This document shows, in pieces, positions 46,518 to 57,076 of a stretch of 64,000 nucleotides of DNA (the stretch's first letter is position 1; each line of letters begins with the position of its first letter). The notes under the pieces are model-generated. The model was given only the letters and a program-made list of their open reading frames with translations. It ran no database searches and was not told the DNA's origin. The position numbers and the translations under genes were made by a program. The stretch comes from Thermofilaceae archaeon (GTDB lineage: Archaea; Thermoproteota; Thermoprotei; Thermofilales; Thermofilaceae). The stretch covers positions 23,634 through 87,633 of the forward strand of contig JALSNQ010000006.1 in the NCBI GenBank assembly GCA_026986905.1, written 5' to 3'.

Positions 46518-48037
46518 GCTCTGAGTATGGAGGGACGGCCGGGTACTACGATTTGCCTCCAGGGCACTTCTCCGTCTATTCTACCAAGGTATCGTTCTAT
46601 ATTGATGCCGCTCTCCTTAACGGCTTTACGCCAGCCACCAAGTCCTCCGCCCTCGAGAGCCCACCGCAAAAGTAGTTTTCCCAGCTCAGCACCGCCCCTA
46701 GAAATCACCGTCTGAATCTGCGCCCAGCGTGGATCATAGGGTCTGATCTCCGCTACACCGGAGACCCTTCGCTTAAGGTAGTGTATACGGCGGCGTGCCT
46801 CTTTAAGACCAACCCATGGTTCACGTTCAAACTCCGTATGCGGTTTTGGTACAAGGGGGCTTACCGTGACCTTTAACTCTCTGTTCCCTCTGAACCCTGA
46901 TCTAGATATTGTCAATATGTATTCTACGTCGGCTTCAAGATCCTCCAGTTCTTCTCCAGGAAGCCCTATCATAAAGTACATCTTTAGCCCCTTGAACCCC
47001 AGCGCCTTGGCTGCTGTGGCTATACTAAGAGCCATGTCTGGAGGGACGTATTTGCGCAGCCTAATGGCTAGCCGCCGTGAACCCGTTTCAGGGGCGATTG
47101 TTAGCGTCTTCTGAGAAACCTTCCTCATAAGTTCTAACCTGTACTCGTTGAGCGTTTCTGCTCTCAGGGAGGGTATGCTCGCCTCAAGTCTCCTAAGATA
47201 CACTTCCTCTAATAGTTCCTCTGCATGAGAGTAGTCGAAGAATGAAAGACTGATAAACTTTAAGCGGAGCGTGTCGTTTAGCCTGACTCCCTGATCTATT
47301 ATTTCGAGAACGTCGCTGAGCGGCCTCTCTCTCATATAATTAAATATGTGTCCTTCCATGCAGAAGGAGCACATTCTAAAACATCCCCTATTCGTCTCGA
47401 CCATTGTTGCGTGGGTATAGCCTTCTACTTGGTTGATGGGGCTAAACTGTGCTTTAGGATGGAATTCTTTAGGAAGCGGCACTGCATAGTTCATGTATAC
47501 CTTTTCTCCTGTATGCCTCGTTTTACCTGTGTAAAAGCCCTTCTTCGGGTCAAGGCTCTCAAGAAATTTTTCTTTATCTGGATAGTGCTCCACGATTTTC
47601 CCTATAATGGGAGGTAGCGTTGACTCTATTTCACCTATAACCATGACATCGGCGAAATCCTCTATTGGAGAGGGGTTGGATATAATGGGGGGCCCGCCAA
47701 CTATAATCCACGGCTTATTTCTCCGCGAAGCCCTTGGCTCTACGCCTCCCTTGATGAGGATGTAGAGGAAGTTGACGTAGTCCGGCTCGTAGTGTATAGA
47801 CATAAACGCTAGGTCGAAGGCTCGTAGTGGTAAACCGCTTTCCAAGCTTGTCGGCTCTTCGCGCATGACTATTCGTTCCACGTAGAATTGAGGTATGCTT
47901 GCCAGATAGTAGTACAGCATCTGGTATGAGAGTGATGAAGCGGCTATGCTGTAATGTGAAGGGTAGAGTACGGCTACCCTTAGCATGCCGGGGCGCCACT
48001 TTTTTCTCACAAGGTTTCTCTCCTTCAGCCTCTCCAT
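46514..48037 (-). CDS. B12-binding-type radical SAM protein
   Basis: IVGGP, ETNRGCFRMCSFC, SLRAE, APETG, YFMIGLPGE, PKPHT. Confidence 0.88.
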   Translation of the reverse strand: MERLKERNLVRKKWRPGMLRVAVLYPSHYSIAASSLSYQMLYYYLASIPQFYVERIVMREEPTSLESGLPLRAFDLAFMSIHYEPDYVNFLYILIKGGVEPRASRRNKPWIIVGGPPIISNPSPIEDFADVMVIGEIESTLPPIIGKIVEHYPDKEKFLESLDPKKGFYTGKTRHTGEKVYMNYAVPLPKEFHPKAQFSPINQVEGYTHATMVETNRGCFRMCSFCMEGHIFNYMRERPLSDVLEIIDQGVRLNDTLRLKFISLSFFDYSHAEELLEEVYLRRLEASIPSLRAETLNEYRLELMRKVSQKTLTIAPETGSRRLAIRLRKYVPPDMALSIATAAKALGFKGLKMYFMIGLPGEELEDLEADVEYILTISRSGFRGNRELKVTVSPLVPKPHTEFEREPWVGLKEARRRIHYLKRRVSGVAEIRPYDPRWAQIQTVISRGGAELGKLLLRWALEGGGLGGWRKAVKESGINIERYLGRIDGEVPWRQIVVPGRPSILRA

Positions 48038-48150
48038 TACCTGCCTCGTCTACCCCCTATGGATGACTATAAAAGTAGTTTCCCCCTCTATTACTCCGAG
48101 TTAAATATATATAGAAGCGATAATTGTTGTCTCACGCAGTAGGGTGAAGG

Positions 48151-49821
48151 GTGAGTGGAATGGCTGTGGCGCCTGCTCAGATAGGCGGTGTGCCTGTACT
48201 CATACTTAAGGAAGGTACTACTAGGCAGCAGGGAAGGGAGGCATTGCACCTCAACATCATGATTGCTAGGGCGATAGCCGAGACTGTAAAGACGACGCTA
48301 GGCCCTAAGGGCATGGACAAGATGCTTATAGACACTCTTGGCGACATAACCATAACCAACGACGGCGCTACCATACTTGACGAAATGGAGGTTCAGCACC
48401 CGATAGCGAAGCTTCTCGTCGAGATAGCTAAGGCTCAGGATAAGGAGGTCGGCGACGGCACTACAACCTCGGTCGTCCTTACAGGCGAGCTTTTAAAGGA
48501 GGCTGAGAAGCTTCTAGACAAGAATATCCATCCCACAGTAATAGTGAGCGGATATAAGAAGGCCCTAGAGAAGGCTCAGAACGTTATCAAGGAGAAGGCT
48601 ATTAAGGTAAGCCTCGACGACGAGGAGACGCTAAAGAAGGTTGCAATGACTTCCATGAGAAGTAAGGCTGTTGCAAGCGTGAGGGACTACTTTGCTGAAA
48701 TAGCTGTTAAGGCTGTAAAGCAGATAGCCGAGAAGGGCGAGGGAGAGGGCTACAATGTTGACGTCGACAATATACAGATAATAAAGAAGAAGGGTGGAAG
48801 CTTCCTTGATTCACAGCTGGTCTACGGTGTGATAGTCGACAAGGAGGTTGTGCACCCGGCTATGCCTAAGAGGGTTGAGAATGCTAAGATTGCTCTTATT
48901 GATGCGCCCCTCGAAGTCGAGAAGACTGAGATAGACGCTGAGATAAGGATCTCCTCGCCCGATCAGCTACAGGCTTTCCTGGAGGAAGAGGAGAAGATCC
49001 TCAAGGAGATGGTCGAGAGGATTCGTGAGAGTGGTGCTAATGTGGTGTTTTGTCAGAAGGGTATTGATGATCTTGCGCAGTATTATCTTGCGAAGGCTGG
49101 TATTCTTGCTGTTCGTAGGGTTAAGAAGAGTGATATGGAGAAGCTTGCGCGCGCCACTGGTGCCCGTATAGTTACGAGGGTGGAGGACATATCCCCAGAC
49201 GCCCTGGGCAGCGCGGAGCTCGTCGAGGAGCGCAAGGTGGCGGACGAGAAGATGGTCTTCGTAGAAGGCTGCCCCAACCCCAAAGCAGTGAGCATATTGG
49301 TAAGAGGTGGCCTGGAGAGGGCTGTCGACGAGGCTGAGCGCAGCTTAAAGGATGCACTATACGCGGTCGCCGATGTCCTCAGGTATCCCTATATAGTCCC
49401 TGGCGGCGGTGCTATTGAGATAGAGGCAGCTAAGGAGCTTAGGAAGTACGCGACCGTTGTTGGCGGCAGAGAGCAGCTAGCGATAGAGGCGTACGCGAAT
49501 GCGCTTGAGAGTATACCTAGAACCCTTGCTGAGAACGCGGGTCTTGATCCGATAGATATCATGGCGGATCTAAGGGCTGCCCATGAGGATCCAGGTAAGT
49601 GGAGCTATGGTGTCGATGTGATTGAAGGGAAGGTTGCTGACATGCTCTCACTGGGCGTCTTCGAGCCAGCTCTCGTCAAGGAGCATGCGATAAAGGTCGC
49701 TACAGAGGCGGCGGCGATGATACTTAGGATCGATGACATAATTAGTGCGTCGAAGATGGAGGAGAAGAAGGGAGAAGAGGGCGGTAAAGGCTTCGGCGAG
49801 GAAGAGTCTGAGTTTGACTAA
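48151..49821 (+). CDS. Thermosome (group II chaperonin) subunit
   Basis: [30 protein letters not shown]. Confidence 0.97.
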   Translation: MSGMAVAPAQIGGVPVLILKEGTTRQQGREALHLNIMIARAIAETVKTTLGPKGMDKMLIDTLGDITITNDGATILDEMEVQHPIAKLLVEIAKAQDKEVGDGTTTSVVLTGELLKEAEKLLDKNIHPTVIVSGYKKALEKAQNVIKEKAIKVSLDDEETLKKVAMTSMRSKAVASVRDYFAEIAVKAVKQIAEKGEGEGYNVDVDNIQIIKKKGGSFLDSQLVYGVIVDKEVVHPAMPKRVENAKIALIDAPLEVEKTEIDAEIRISSPDQLQAFLEEEEKILKEMVERIRESGANVVFCQKGIDDLAQYYLAKAGILAVRRVKKSDMEKLARATGARIVTRVEDISPDALGSAELVEERKVADEKMVFVEGCPNPKAVSILVRGGLERAVDEAERSLKDALYAVADVLRYPYIVPGGGAIEIEAAKELRKYATVVGGREQLAIEAYANALESIPRTLAENAGLDPIDIMADLRAAHEDPGKWSYGVDVIEGKVADMLSLGVFEPALVKEHAIKVATEAAAMILRIDDIISASKMEEKKGEEGGKGFGEEESEFD

Positions 49822-49914
49822 AAACTAAATTTTTAGACAAAAACGCGTCTTGGTATACCTGTTTTCTCTTTTAGTGTAAAAATAATTATCCCTACTTTAC
49901 ACTATACTGGGACT

Positions 49915-50478
49915 ATGCCCTACCTAATACTCGTGGCAGGCATGCCTGGTTCAGGGAAGAGCCTTGTGAGCGATGTAGCTTCAAGCCTAGGATTAAATGT
50001 CTATGTTATGGGCGACGTTGTGAGGGAGGAAGCTAGGAGACGGGGACTTCCGCTTACAGATGAAGTACTGGGCAGGATAGCTGTTGAACTAAGGAAGAAA
50101 GAGGGTATGGACGTCATAGCCCGTAGACTCTACGAAAAACTTGTAGAGAGAGGAGAAAAAGTCGCATTCATTGAGGGTCTACGCAGCCTTGAAGAATACG
50201 ATTTTTTCCGGAAGAACGCTGAGAAGTCACATCTGATAGCCGTGCACGCGTCGCCCGAGACGAGGTACTGCAGGCTAAAGTCTAGGGGAAGAGAAGATGA
50301 CCCAAAAACTAGGGAAGAATTTGATGAGCGCGACAGAAGGGAGCTCGGTATGGGGATAGGATCCGTGATAGCTCTCGCACAGACAATGCTTGTAAACGAG
50401 AACATTGAAAAAACAGAGTTTTCACGTAGGGTGGAGGAGGTTCTCCAAGAGATACTTAGGAGGTGGGATCTGCTGTGA
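49915..50478 (+). CDS. UPF0200 / archaeal dephospho-CoA kinase-like P-loop kinase
   Basis: [25 protein letters not shown]. Confidence 0.85.
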   Translation: MPYLILVAGMPGSGKSLVSDVASSLGLNVYVMGDVVREEARRRGLPLTDEVLGRIAVELRKKEGMDVIARRLYEKLVERGEKVAFIEGLRSLEEYDFFRKNAEKSHLIAVHASPETRYCRLKSRGREDDPKTREEFDERDRRELGMGIGSVIALAQTMLVNENIEKTEFSRRVEEVLQEILRRWDLL

Positions 50479-50912
50479 AGGTGGTTGTACGTGCACCCCT
50501 CTTTCCTACAGAGGATGTGGATAAGGTGATGTCAGCCCTTAAGAAGATCTTTCCAGACATAGGTTTTAGAGTGGAGGGTGAGGGAAAATTCCGCGAGGTA
50601 GTAGGTGAATGCATGTGTTCGCATTGCCTGGAAAACCTCCGGGGCATGCTGCGTAGGCAGAGGATACTGGACTCGGCTAGAAGCTACCTTTACCGGGGTA
50701 GGGAGGCCGGCCTCGTAAGGTTCTACTTGAATAAGCAGGCAGCATACATGGGTAAAGTGAGCTTTTGCTCGATGGAGTTCGGGGAAAGCCCCCTGGGTGC
50801 TATCACCGTTACAGTAGAAGTGGGGGACCGCTTCGACGAATTTGTTAATTGGTTAGCGCCAGCCACTGTCAACGGAAAGCCTGTAGGCGAGGTAGAGGAG
50901 CTCGAGTGTTAA
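50463..50912 (+). CDS. UPF0201 RNA-binding domain protein
   Basis: [29 protein letters not shown]. Confidence 0.88.
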   Translation: MGSAVKVVVRAPLFPTEDVDKVMSALKKIFPDIGFRVEGEGKFREVVGECMCSHCLENLRGMLRRQRILDSARSYLYRGREAGLVRFYLNKQAAYMGKVSFCSMEFGESPLGAITVTVEVGDRFDEFVNWLAPATVNGKPVGEVEELEC

Positions 50913-51853
50913 AGTTCTCTCTCAAACCCGTATATAATGCTAAATACCCGCTCCTTGCGCCCGCTTATAGCTATGCGCATACCCCGTTCAGCCAGTATCG
51001 TCCTAGGGAACACTCTTTTAGCCTCCTCTAGTAGTTCGTAGACATGTCTGTACCTTACACTGTAGTGAAAAATCACTAGGAGCCTGCTCTTAGAGTATAA
51101 CGCGCATAGCGCGGCTTCCCTGGGCGTGGAGTGCGGTGTTTCAGTATTATGCTCCCAGTCTTTCGTGGAAAGCGTAGCTTCATGTATTAGTAGATCGCTT
51201 CCTCTCGCCAGGGAGGCGAGCCTGTGGCTTGGAAGGGTGTCTCCGCTATAGGTAACCTTTATCCCGGGCACCCTCTCCTTTACGTATAGTTCTAGAAACC
51301 GTTTCCTCCCCTCAATCTCTACTACCCCCTCCTCCAGCAATCTTTTCCTGTCAGCGCCGCGTATCTTGTCGGAATCAAGTTTTTCCGGATTCAACTTAAC
51401 TCTGCTAGGCGTCTCTATGGAATATGCATAGGAGAAGGGGGCATGGGGCACCCTGACGTATTTGATGCTTACATCCAGAAGATTTATCATGCCTTCCTCC
51501 GAGGCCAGTTCTGTATACTCCACAGGGTAGTTATAGGCCGCTAAGCCGTCTAGGACAGAGTCCCTGCTGAACGCCGGCGCTATTATGGTTATCTTCCTCT
51601 TTCTGCCGTTGAGCGAGAGTGTCTGCAGTAGGGGCCTTAAACCTAATATGTGGTCGCCATGTGCGTGGGAAATAAGAACCGCCAATGGAGCGTTAACGCC
51701 GAGTTTAAAATTCAAGAACGATTCCTGGCATCCCTCACCTACGTCTAGTATAAAGATTCGCCCCATCCAGCGGAGGAATATACATGGTAGTCCACGTGAA
51801 TAGCGGGGCTGTGTAGCGCCCACTCCCCCGAAGAATACGTCAACCCTAGGCAT
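50909..51853 (-). CDS. rnz: Ribonuclease Z
   Basis: [31 protein letters not shown]. Confidence 0.88.
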   Translation of the reverse strand: MPRVDVFFGGVGATQPRYSRGLPCIFLRWMGRIFILDVGEGCQESFLNFKLGVNAPLAVLISHAHGDHILGLRPLLQTLSLNGRKRKITIIAPAFSRDSVLDGLAAYNYPVEYTELASEEGMINLLDVSIKYVRVPHAPFSYAYSIETPSRVKLNPEKLDSDKIRGADRKRLLEEGVVEIEGRKRFLELYVKERVPGIKVTYSGDTLPSHRLASLARGSDLLIHEATLSTKDWEHNTETPHSTPREAALCALYSKSRLLVIFHYSVRYRHVYELLEEAKRVFPRTILAERGMRIAISGRKERVFSIIYGFEREL

Positions 51854-52808
51854 AATAGACCCACAGCGTACGGGTTAACCCTGAGTGTATGTATATCTCG
51901 CATTTTTTGCTGAGGGTTAAGGCATCGCTGTAGGGGGGAAGAACATTGCTAGGTGAGAAGAACGCGCATCTACCGCCTCTTCTGAGGGCGTTTGCAGCGA
52001 TGCTCTTTAAGGCGTTATATATTGTCTCGACTTTTTCGCCGTGCGTGGACGCGTATCTCCCGTAAGGAGGGTCAGTCGCTATGGCGTCAAAAGAGCGTCT
52101 CCTAAATGGTGCCCGGGTGCTGTCGGCGAGAACAAGGTCGACAAGGCTAGAAAGTTCATACTGCTTGATGTTTCTCAAAGCCCCCCTTATGTGCCTATAA
52201 TCTAGCTCAACTCCTACGACGTAGAGTCCCCTCAGGGCCGCCTCTATAAGAACTCCTCCAGCACCTGCGAAGGGGTCGAGGAGATTTTCCGAGTTCCTGC
52301 TTAGTGACGCGTTCACCAGAAGTAGTGCGGTGGGCGGGTTGAGGGATGAAGAGATAAAATATATTCTACGTTCAGGTGAGCGCGGCTTAAATCTGTCTCG
52401 CCTCAACTCGAGAAGAGGTAGGTATACTAGGGGTCTGCTTAGCCATTTTATAATATAAGCCGTCTTACCCCTCCCTTCCCTGAAACCCCTTTTATATAAG
52501 GCGTTCTTCACGTGGTTTCTCTCTTCGCCACTCATATTCGGGAAAAGCATTTTTACGGTACAATACTTGGCGTCGCAAACAAGGTCGTCTATATATCCCG
52601 CATTGACGAATAATCCCTCACTGCATGGAAGGTAGTATATTTCCTCAAGCAGTTCCTCCACGTTTTTAGCGTCGAAGAGTACTATTCTCTTATTGACGAC
52701 TAATCTTACCGTTACTGAGAGTCTTTTCAGAGCATCTAGCATAGCATGATAACTGCATTCTCCCTGGAGATGCTTTATCGAGAGGAGGTATCTAGGGGGA
52801 GCGTTCAC
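51846..52808 (-). CDS. tRNA (guanine10-N2)-methyltransferase-like (Trm11/TrmG10)
   Basis: DPFAGAGG.L.EA, TDPPYGR, HSGLTR. Confidence 0.82.
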   Translation of the reverse strand: MNAPPRYLLSIKHLQGECSYHAMLDALKRLSVTVRLVVNKRIVLFDAKNVEELLEEIYYLPCSEGLFVNAGYIDDLVCDAKYCTVKMLFPNMSGEERNHVKNALYKRGFREGRGKTAYIIKWLSRPLVYLPLLELRRDRFKPRSPERRIYFISSSLNPPTALLLVNASLSRNSENLLDPFAGAGGVLIEAALRGLYVVGVELDYRHIRGALRNIKQYELSSLVDLVLADSTRAPFRRRSFDAIATDPPYGRYASTHGEKVETIYNALKSIAANALRRGGRCAFFSPSNVLPPYSDALTLSKKCEIYIHSGLTRTLWVYYA

Positions 52809-53875
52809 TTTTCTTTCCCTGTGAGAGATACCCCGAGGACAGAGACTATTATAACGCCTAGCGTTACGAAGAGCCAGGTAAGGAGATTCCTAACGCTACC
52901 ATATCCGGTGAGAAACTTCGCGGATTCTACAATCACCTGGCGCGACACTAGAATAATCGCTATTGCTGCGGGCTCCACGAGGTTTACATGTCTTCTGGCG
53001 ACTAAGTCGTCGAGTATCCTTCCGAGTATCGGAAACGTTGCCCCCAACGCTAGGAGGTCTGCCACTATGAACTGGCTTCCCACAGGCGCTAGGAGCAGGT
53101 AGCCTAATGCCTCGGTTAGCCCCGTGGCGCGTAGCCCTCTAACGTTTTCGAATCCCTGCAGTAGCGCTATTGCAAGTATAAGCGCGGCGAGTACTAGGGA
53201 TGCAAACGTTATGGGCCTTGTCTTGTAGATAGTTTTCGCTTTTTCGTCTAGGTTGAACCCCTTTATAGTGAGGAGTGTGCCGAAGGCCAGCGTCAGTAGC
53301 GGCCAGACAAAGTTGGGCACCATATAGGAGAGAAGAATGTATATTACCGCGAATATCCCCGGGACGCCAAGGGTGTATTTTCTATACTTTTCCTCCTCAA
53401 CGAGTTTCTTAGCGTAGCGTAGTAGAAGAACAAAGGTCTCCTCCACTCCACGTGCCTGCTGCACTATAACCCGTCTAATAGAGATTATTGGCACACGCGA
53501 CTGGATGAGGGGGGCTACAGCCTCATCCGTAGGACCATCCGAAACTAGTATTACACCGTTGACGTCGATCTTTGAGAGGATCTCGTCTAGCTCCTTGAGT
53601 ATTTTTATGTCTGCTCTCACACCTTCCTCCTCAAGACCCGCTATCACGGCGACCTCGACGCTGTCTTCACCCCTCATCTTCTTCATTTCCCGCATGGTCT
53701 GTATAGCCGCGAAAAGGGCGTTCGCGTCGGAATCGTCGGGGCGCCGCAGTATATATTCCAAGGCTGTCCTGAGAACCGCCTCCTCCCCGATAATAGGTGT
53801 CTTCACGCCTAGTATAGCTCCTACGTCGTTGTCTCTATCAACGCACAGCACCAGCACTTTTCCTCTCTGCGACAT
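52805..53875 (-). CDS. DUF373 family membrane protein
   Basis: LVLCVDRDND.G, DSDAN, SDG..DE, V.Q...VE.T. Confidence 0.9.
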   Translation of the reverse strand: MSQRGKVLVLCVDRDNDVGAILGVKTPIIGEEAVLRTALEYILRRPDDSDANALFAAIQTMREMKKMRGEDSVEVAVIAGLEEEGVRADIKILKELDEILSKIDVNGVILVSDGPTDEAVAPLIQSRVPIISIRRVIVQQARGVEETFVLLLRYAKKLVEEEKYRKYTLGVPGIFAVIYILLSYMVPNFVWPLLTLAFGTLLTIKGFNLDEKAKTIYKTRPITFASLVLAALILAIALLQGFENVRGLRATGLTEALGYLLLAPVGSQFIVADLLALGATFPILGRILDDLVARRHVNLVEPAAIAIILVSRQVIVESAKFLTGYGSVRNLLTWLFVTLGVIIVSVLGVSLTGKEK

Positions 53876-53954
53876 CGTCGACGTCGACCCCTTAAGGGAA
53901 GACTGCTAACTAGTAGTCTTAAAAGGCGTTAAATATTGTTGCGGAGCCCCGGGT

Positions 53955-55292
53955 CTATAGGCCCCGCTTGGACAAGAACTCCTCCAACAGTCTTCTTAAG
54001 CTGTTTTCTTCGACCTCTACGAGTTCGTATTGCACATGTACAGCCGGCTTGTTTATCCTTATTATCCGGGAAAGATCGGCCGGCGTCCCCAGTACTACCG
54101 TGTCAGCGGGCACCCTATTTATTGTCTTTTCAAGCTCCTCTATCTGGCTTCGGCCGTAGCCCATTGCTGGAAGTACCGGGCCTAGATGAGGGTATTTTTC
54201 ATATGCCTCCCTGATGCTTCCTACAGCGTAGGGCCTTGGGTCGACGATCTCTTTTGCGCCATACTTTACCGCTGCCTGGTAGCCAGCGGCAGTGCCCAGC
54301 GATCCGTGGGTAACCGTCGGGCCGTCTTCGACGACAAGGACGCGTCTATTGCTGATTAGATCGGGGTTGTCGACTGTTATTTCAGACTTTGCAAGAACGA
54401 TCTCGGCTCTTCCATTTACATTCTTAGCATTTTTGATAACCTTTTCAACGTTTTCCCGTGGAGCTATGTTAACCTTGTTTACAACTACTATGTCCGCTAA
54501 CATGAGGTTTATTAGGCCTGGGTATGACGACAATTCGTCGCCGGGACGCGTGGGGTCGAGCACAGTTATGTATAGGTCGGGCTTGTAGAAGGGCCAGTCA
54601 TTGTTGCCTCCATCCCACAGTATTACCTCCGCCTCCTTTTCAGCCGCCTCAAGTATCTTACCGTAATCTACGCCAGCATACACTATGCTGCCTTCACGGA
54701 GATGCGGCTCGTACTCTTCCCTCTCCTCGATCGTCGGCTCATATTTTTCAAGATCATCGAGGCTACTGAATCTCTGTACAACCATTTTTCTTAAATCTCC
54801 ATAGGGCATCGGGTGCCTGACCACTACGTAGGGAATCTTCCTCTCCCTAAGTAGCCTAGCTATCCACCGGCTTACCGTGCTCTTGCCAGCGCCCGTTCTC
54901 GAGGCGGTTACGGCTATCACAGTCTTCCTAGACTTTATCATCGTCTTTTCGACGCCCAAGAGCTTGAAGTCGGCACCATGCACGTTTACGAGCGCATCCT
55001 TCATCACTATGTCGTCTGCACGGAGGTCGCTGTAAGAAAGTACCACTTCCTCAACATTAAATTCCTCTATAAGCCTTCCTAACTCCTCTTCCGGGTATAT
55101 TGGTATGCCATCTGGGTAAAGCGGCCCCGCGAGTTCTGGCGGGTACTGGCGGCCAGCTATATTTGGGAGCTGTCCAGCCGTGAAGGCTACAACCTCGTAG
55201 TGTGGGTTGTCGCGGAAAAGCACGTTGAAGTTGTGGAAATCGCGTCCAGCGGCGCCCATTATAATGATCCTGCGTCGATGAGGTTGCTGCAT
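53955..55292 (-). CDS. Cyclic 2,3-diphosphoglycerate synthetase-like P-loop protein
   Basis: GAAGRDFHNFN, RTGAGKS, RHPMPYG, EEREEYE, DGGNND, VEDGPT.THG. Confidence 0.85.
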   Translation of the reverse strand: MQQPHRRRIIIMGAAGRDFHNFNVLFRDNPHYEVVAFTAGQLPNIAGRQYPPELAGPLYPDGIPIYPEEELGRLIEEFNVEEVVLSYSDLRADDIVMKDALVNVHGADFKLLGVEKTMIKSRKTVIAVTASRTGAGKSTVSRWIARLLRERKIPYVVVRHPMPYGDLRKMVVQRFSSLDDLEKYEPTIEEREEYEPHLREGSIVYAGVDYGKILEAAEKEAEVILWDGGNNDWPFYKPDLYITVLDPTRPGDELSSYPGLINLMLADIVVVNKVNIAPRENVEKVIKNAKNVNGRAEIVLAKSEITVDNPDLISNRRVLVVEDGPTVTHGSLGTAAGYQAAVKYGAKEIVDPRPYAVGSIREAYEKYPHLGPVLPAMGYGRSQIEELEKTINRVPADTVVLGTPADLSRIIRINKPAVHVQYELVEVEENSLRRLLEEFLSKRGL

Positions 55293-55473
55293 GGCGATCA
55301 GATAGCAAACATTATTTCTTCAAATAAAATTGTCCTAAATGTTGTTTCGCAAAAATGGATTAATGTTAATCATTACGTAAAGAACTCGCAGCTATTTGTA
55401 AATTATATTTATTATAGCTACAGCCGCACCCCCGAGGGAGCCATGCCACGCTATATATATTTCACCTCTGCTA

Positions 55474-55887
55474 ATGACGGTATCAGTGGTGAAGAGAAAA
55501 GCTGTTCTTGACACCAGCGCGCTAATTTACCTGCTGGAAAACAGGCAGGATCCCGTAGATGTGGTGAGGAGCCTCGAAGGTGTACGGGATATATATGTTC
55601 CAAGCTATGTTGTAGATGAGCTAAAAAGGTTAGCTACGGGCGCGTCAGGTAGGAGAAGGAGGCTGGCTAGGGTAGCGCTGAAATACGTTATAAATGCGTC
55701 GAGGAGTAATTTGGTTAAAATAGTGGAAATGGGTGAAGGGTCTGTGGATGACCTTCTCCTTAGGGATGCTGAGGAGAAGGGTCTTGTTATAGTAACGGCC
55801 GATATGGGGCTACGCCGCCGCGCTGTGGAAAAGGGTTTAGAGGTTTTCTCCCCCGAGGCTTCGCGGAGAGGGAGAAGGCTAGTCTAG
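55474..55887 (+). CDS. PIN domain protein (Fcf1/Utp24-like)
   Basis: VLDTSAL, V.DEL, VDD.L, VTAD..L. Confidence 0.85.
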   Translation: MTVSVVKRKAVLDTSALIYLLENRQDPVDVVRSLEGVRDIYVPSYVVDELKRLATGASGRRRRLARVALKYVINASRSNLVKIVEMGEGSVDDLLLRDAEEKGLVIVTADMGLRRRAVEKGLEVFSPEASRRGRRLV

Positions 55888-55937
55888 TGTCGATTAGAGT
55901 AAGATTTATATATTTCTGATATAAGGTTTTCATTGAA

Positions 55938-56933
55938 ATGTTTAAAAAAGTTTCGGGCGACGAGGTCGAGGAGGACGAGACTCTAAGAGAAGCGCGGCTA
56001 TTGAAATCTCTAACCGAGGGTGAAATTCCCTTAACCTGCCCTCAGTGTGGCAGCAACAGGCTGATCTACGACCCCTCCCGGGGGGAGATAATTTGCGCTG
56101 ATTGTGGCTATGTTATCAGTGAACGGGAAATAGATAGGGGTCCTGAATGGCGCGCGTTTACTCCTGAAGAGAGGGAGAGGCGTAGCCGCGTAGGAGCCCC
56201 CATATCCAGGTTGACGCCCGACAGCATTAGCACGGACATAGACTGGAGGAGCAAGGACGCCTCGGGTAGAGAGATAAGCCTGAGGAAGAAGATTGAGATG
56301 CTTAGACTGCGGAAATGGCATGTTAGGGCAAGGGCTCAGAGCTCTATAGAGCGCAACCTTACCCAGGCGGCTATGGAGCTTGAACGGCTTGGTGCGCAGC
56401 TGGGGTTGCCTAGGGCGGTTCTGGATAGGGCGCTTGAAATATACAGGAAGGCGCTGGACAGTAGCCTCGTCAGGGGGAGGTCTATCGAATCAGTCATGGC
56501 CGCGGCTGTCTACGCCGCATGTAGGGAGATGAGGCTGCCGAGGACGCTTGACGAGATAGCAATGTATACCAGGGCTGGAAGAAAGGACGTTGCTAGGTGT
56601 TATAGGCTACTACTGAGGGAAGCCGCAATAAAGGTTCCTCTACCAAACGCGGCGGACTTTGTGCCGAGGATAGGGTCGATGCTCAAACTCTCAGGGCCTA
56701 CAATTAGGAAGGCTATAGAGATCATAGAGAGGGCTCGTGAGATGGGGCTTACTGCGGGTAAAGACCCTGCAGGGCTCGCCGCCGCGGCAATATATATCGC
56801 TGCGATGCTGAACGGTGAGATGCGTACCCAGAAAGAGGTTGCGAGGGCTGCCAGGGTTACAGAGGTTACTGTCAGAAACAGGTACAAGGAGCTTGTAAGG
56901 AAGCTTGGGATAAAGCTGCCTATAAAGAAGTAG
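55938..56933 (+). CDS. tfb: Transcription initiation factor IIB
   Basis: CPQC...[41 protein letters not shown]. Confidence 0.97.
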   Translation: MFKKVSGDEVEEDETLREARLLKSLTEGEIPLTCPQCGSNRLIYDPSRGEIICADCGYVISEREIDRGPEWRAFTPEERERRSRVGAPISRLTPDSISTDIDWRSKDASGREISLRKKIEMLRLRKWHVRARAQSSIERNLTQAAMELERLGAQLGLPRAVLDRALEIYRKALDSSLVRGRSIESVMAAAVYAACREMRLPRTLDEIAMYTRAGRKDVARCYRLLLREAAIKVPLPNAADFVPRIGSMLKLSGPTIRKAIEIIERAREMGLTAGKDPAGLAAAAIYIAAMLNGEMRTQKEVARAARVTEVTVRNRYKELVRKLGIKLPIKK

Positions 56934-57001
56934 ATGGGTGGCGGCAAAGGATAAAAGCGCCCGCGTCTCCAAAAAGAGGGGGCTTATAGCCCCCAGGAGG
57001 A

Positions 57002-57043
57002 GCCGGGGTGCCCGAGGGGTAAGGGGGCGGTGGCCGCGGCCCC
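57002..57043 (+). tRNA. 5' half of split tRNA-Cys(GCA): exon 57002-57030 (positions 1-30), trailer 57031-57043
   Basis: gccgggg tg cccg aggggta aggg g gcgg ^ tg gccgcggcccc; trailer is the exact reverse complement of the leader at 39067-39077. Confidence 0.88.
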
Positions 57044-57076
57044 GCCCGTTATCCCGTAAATTTTTACACAGGGTTT

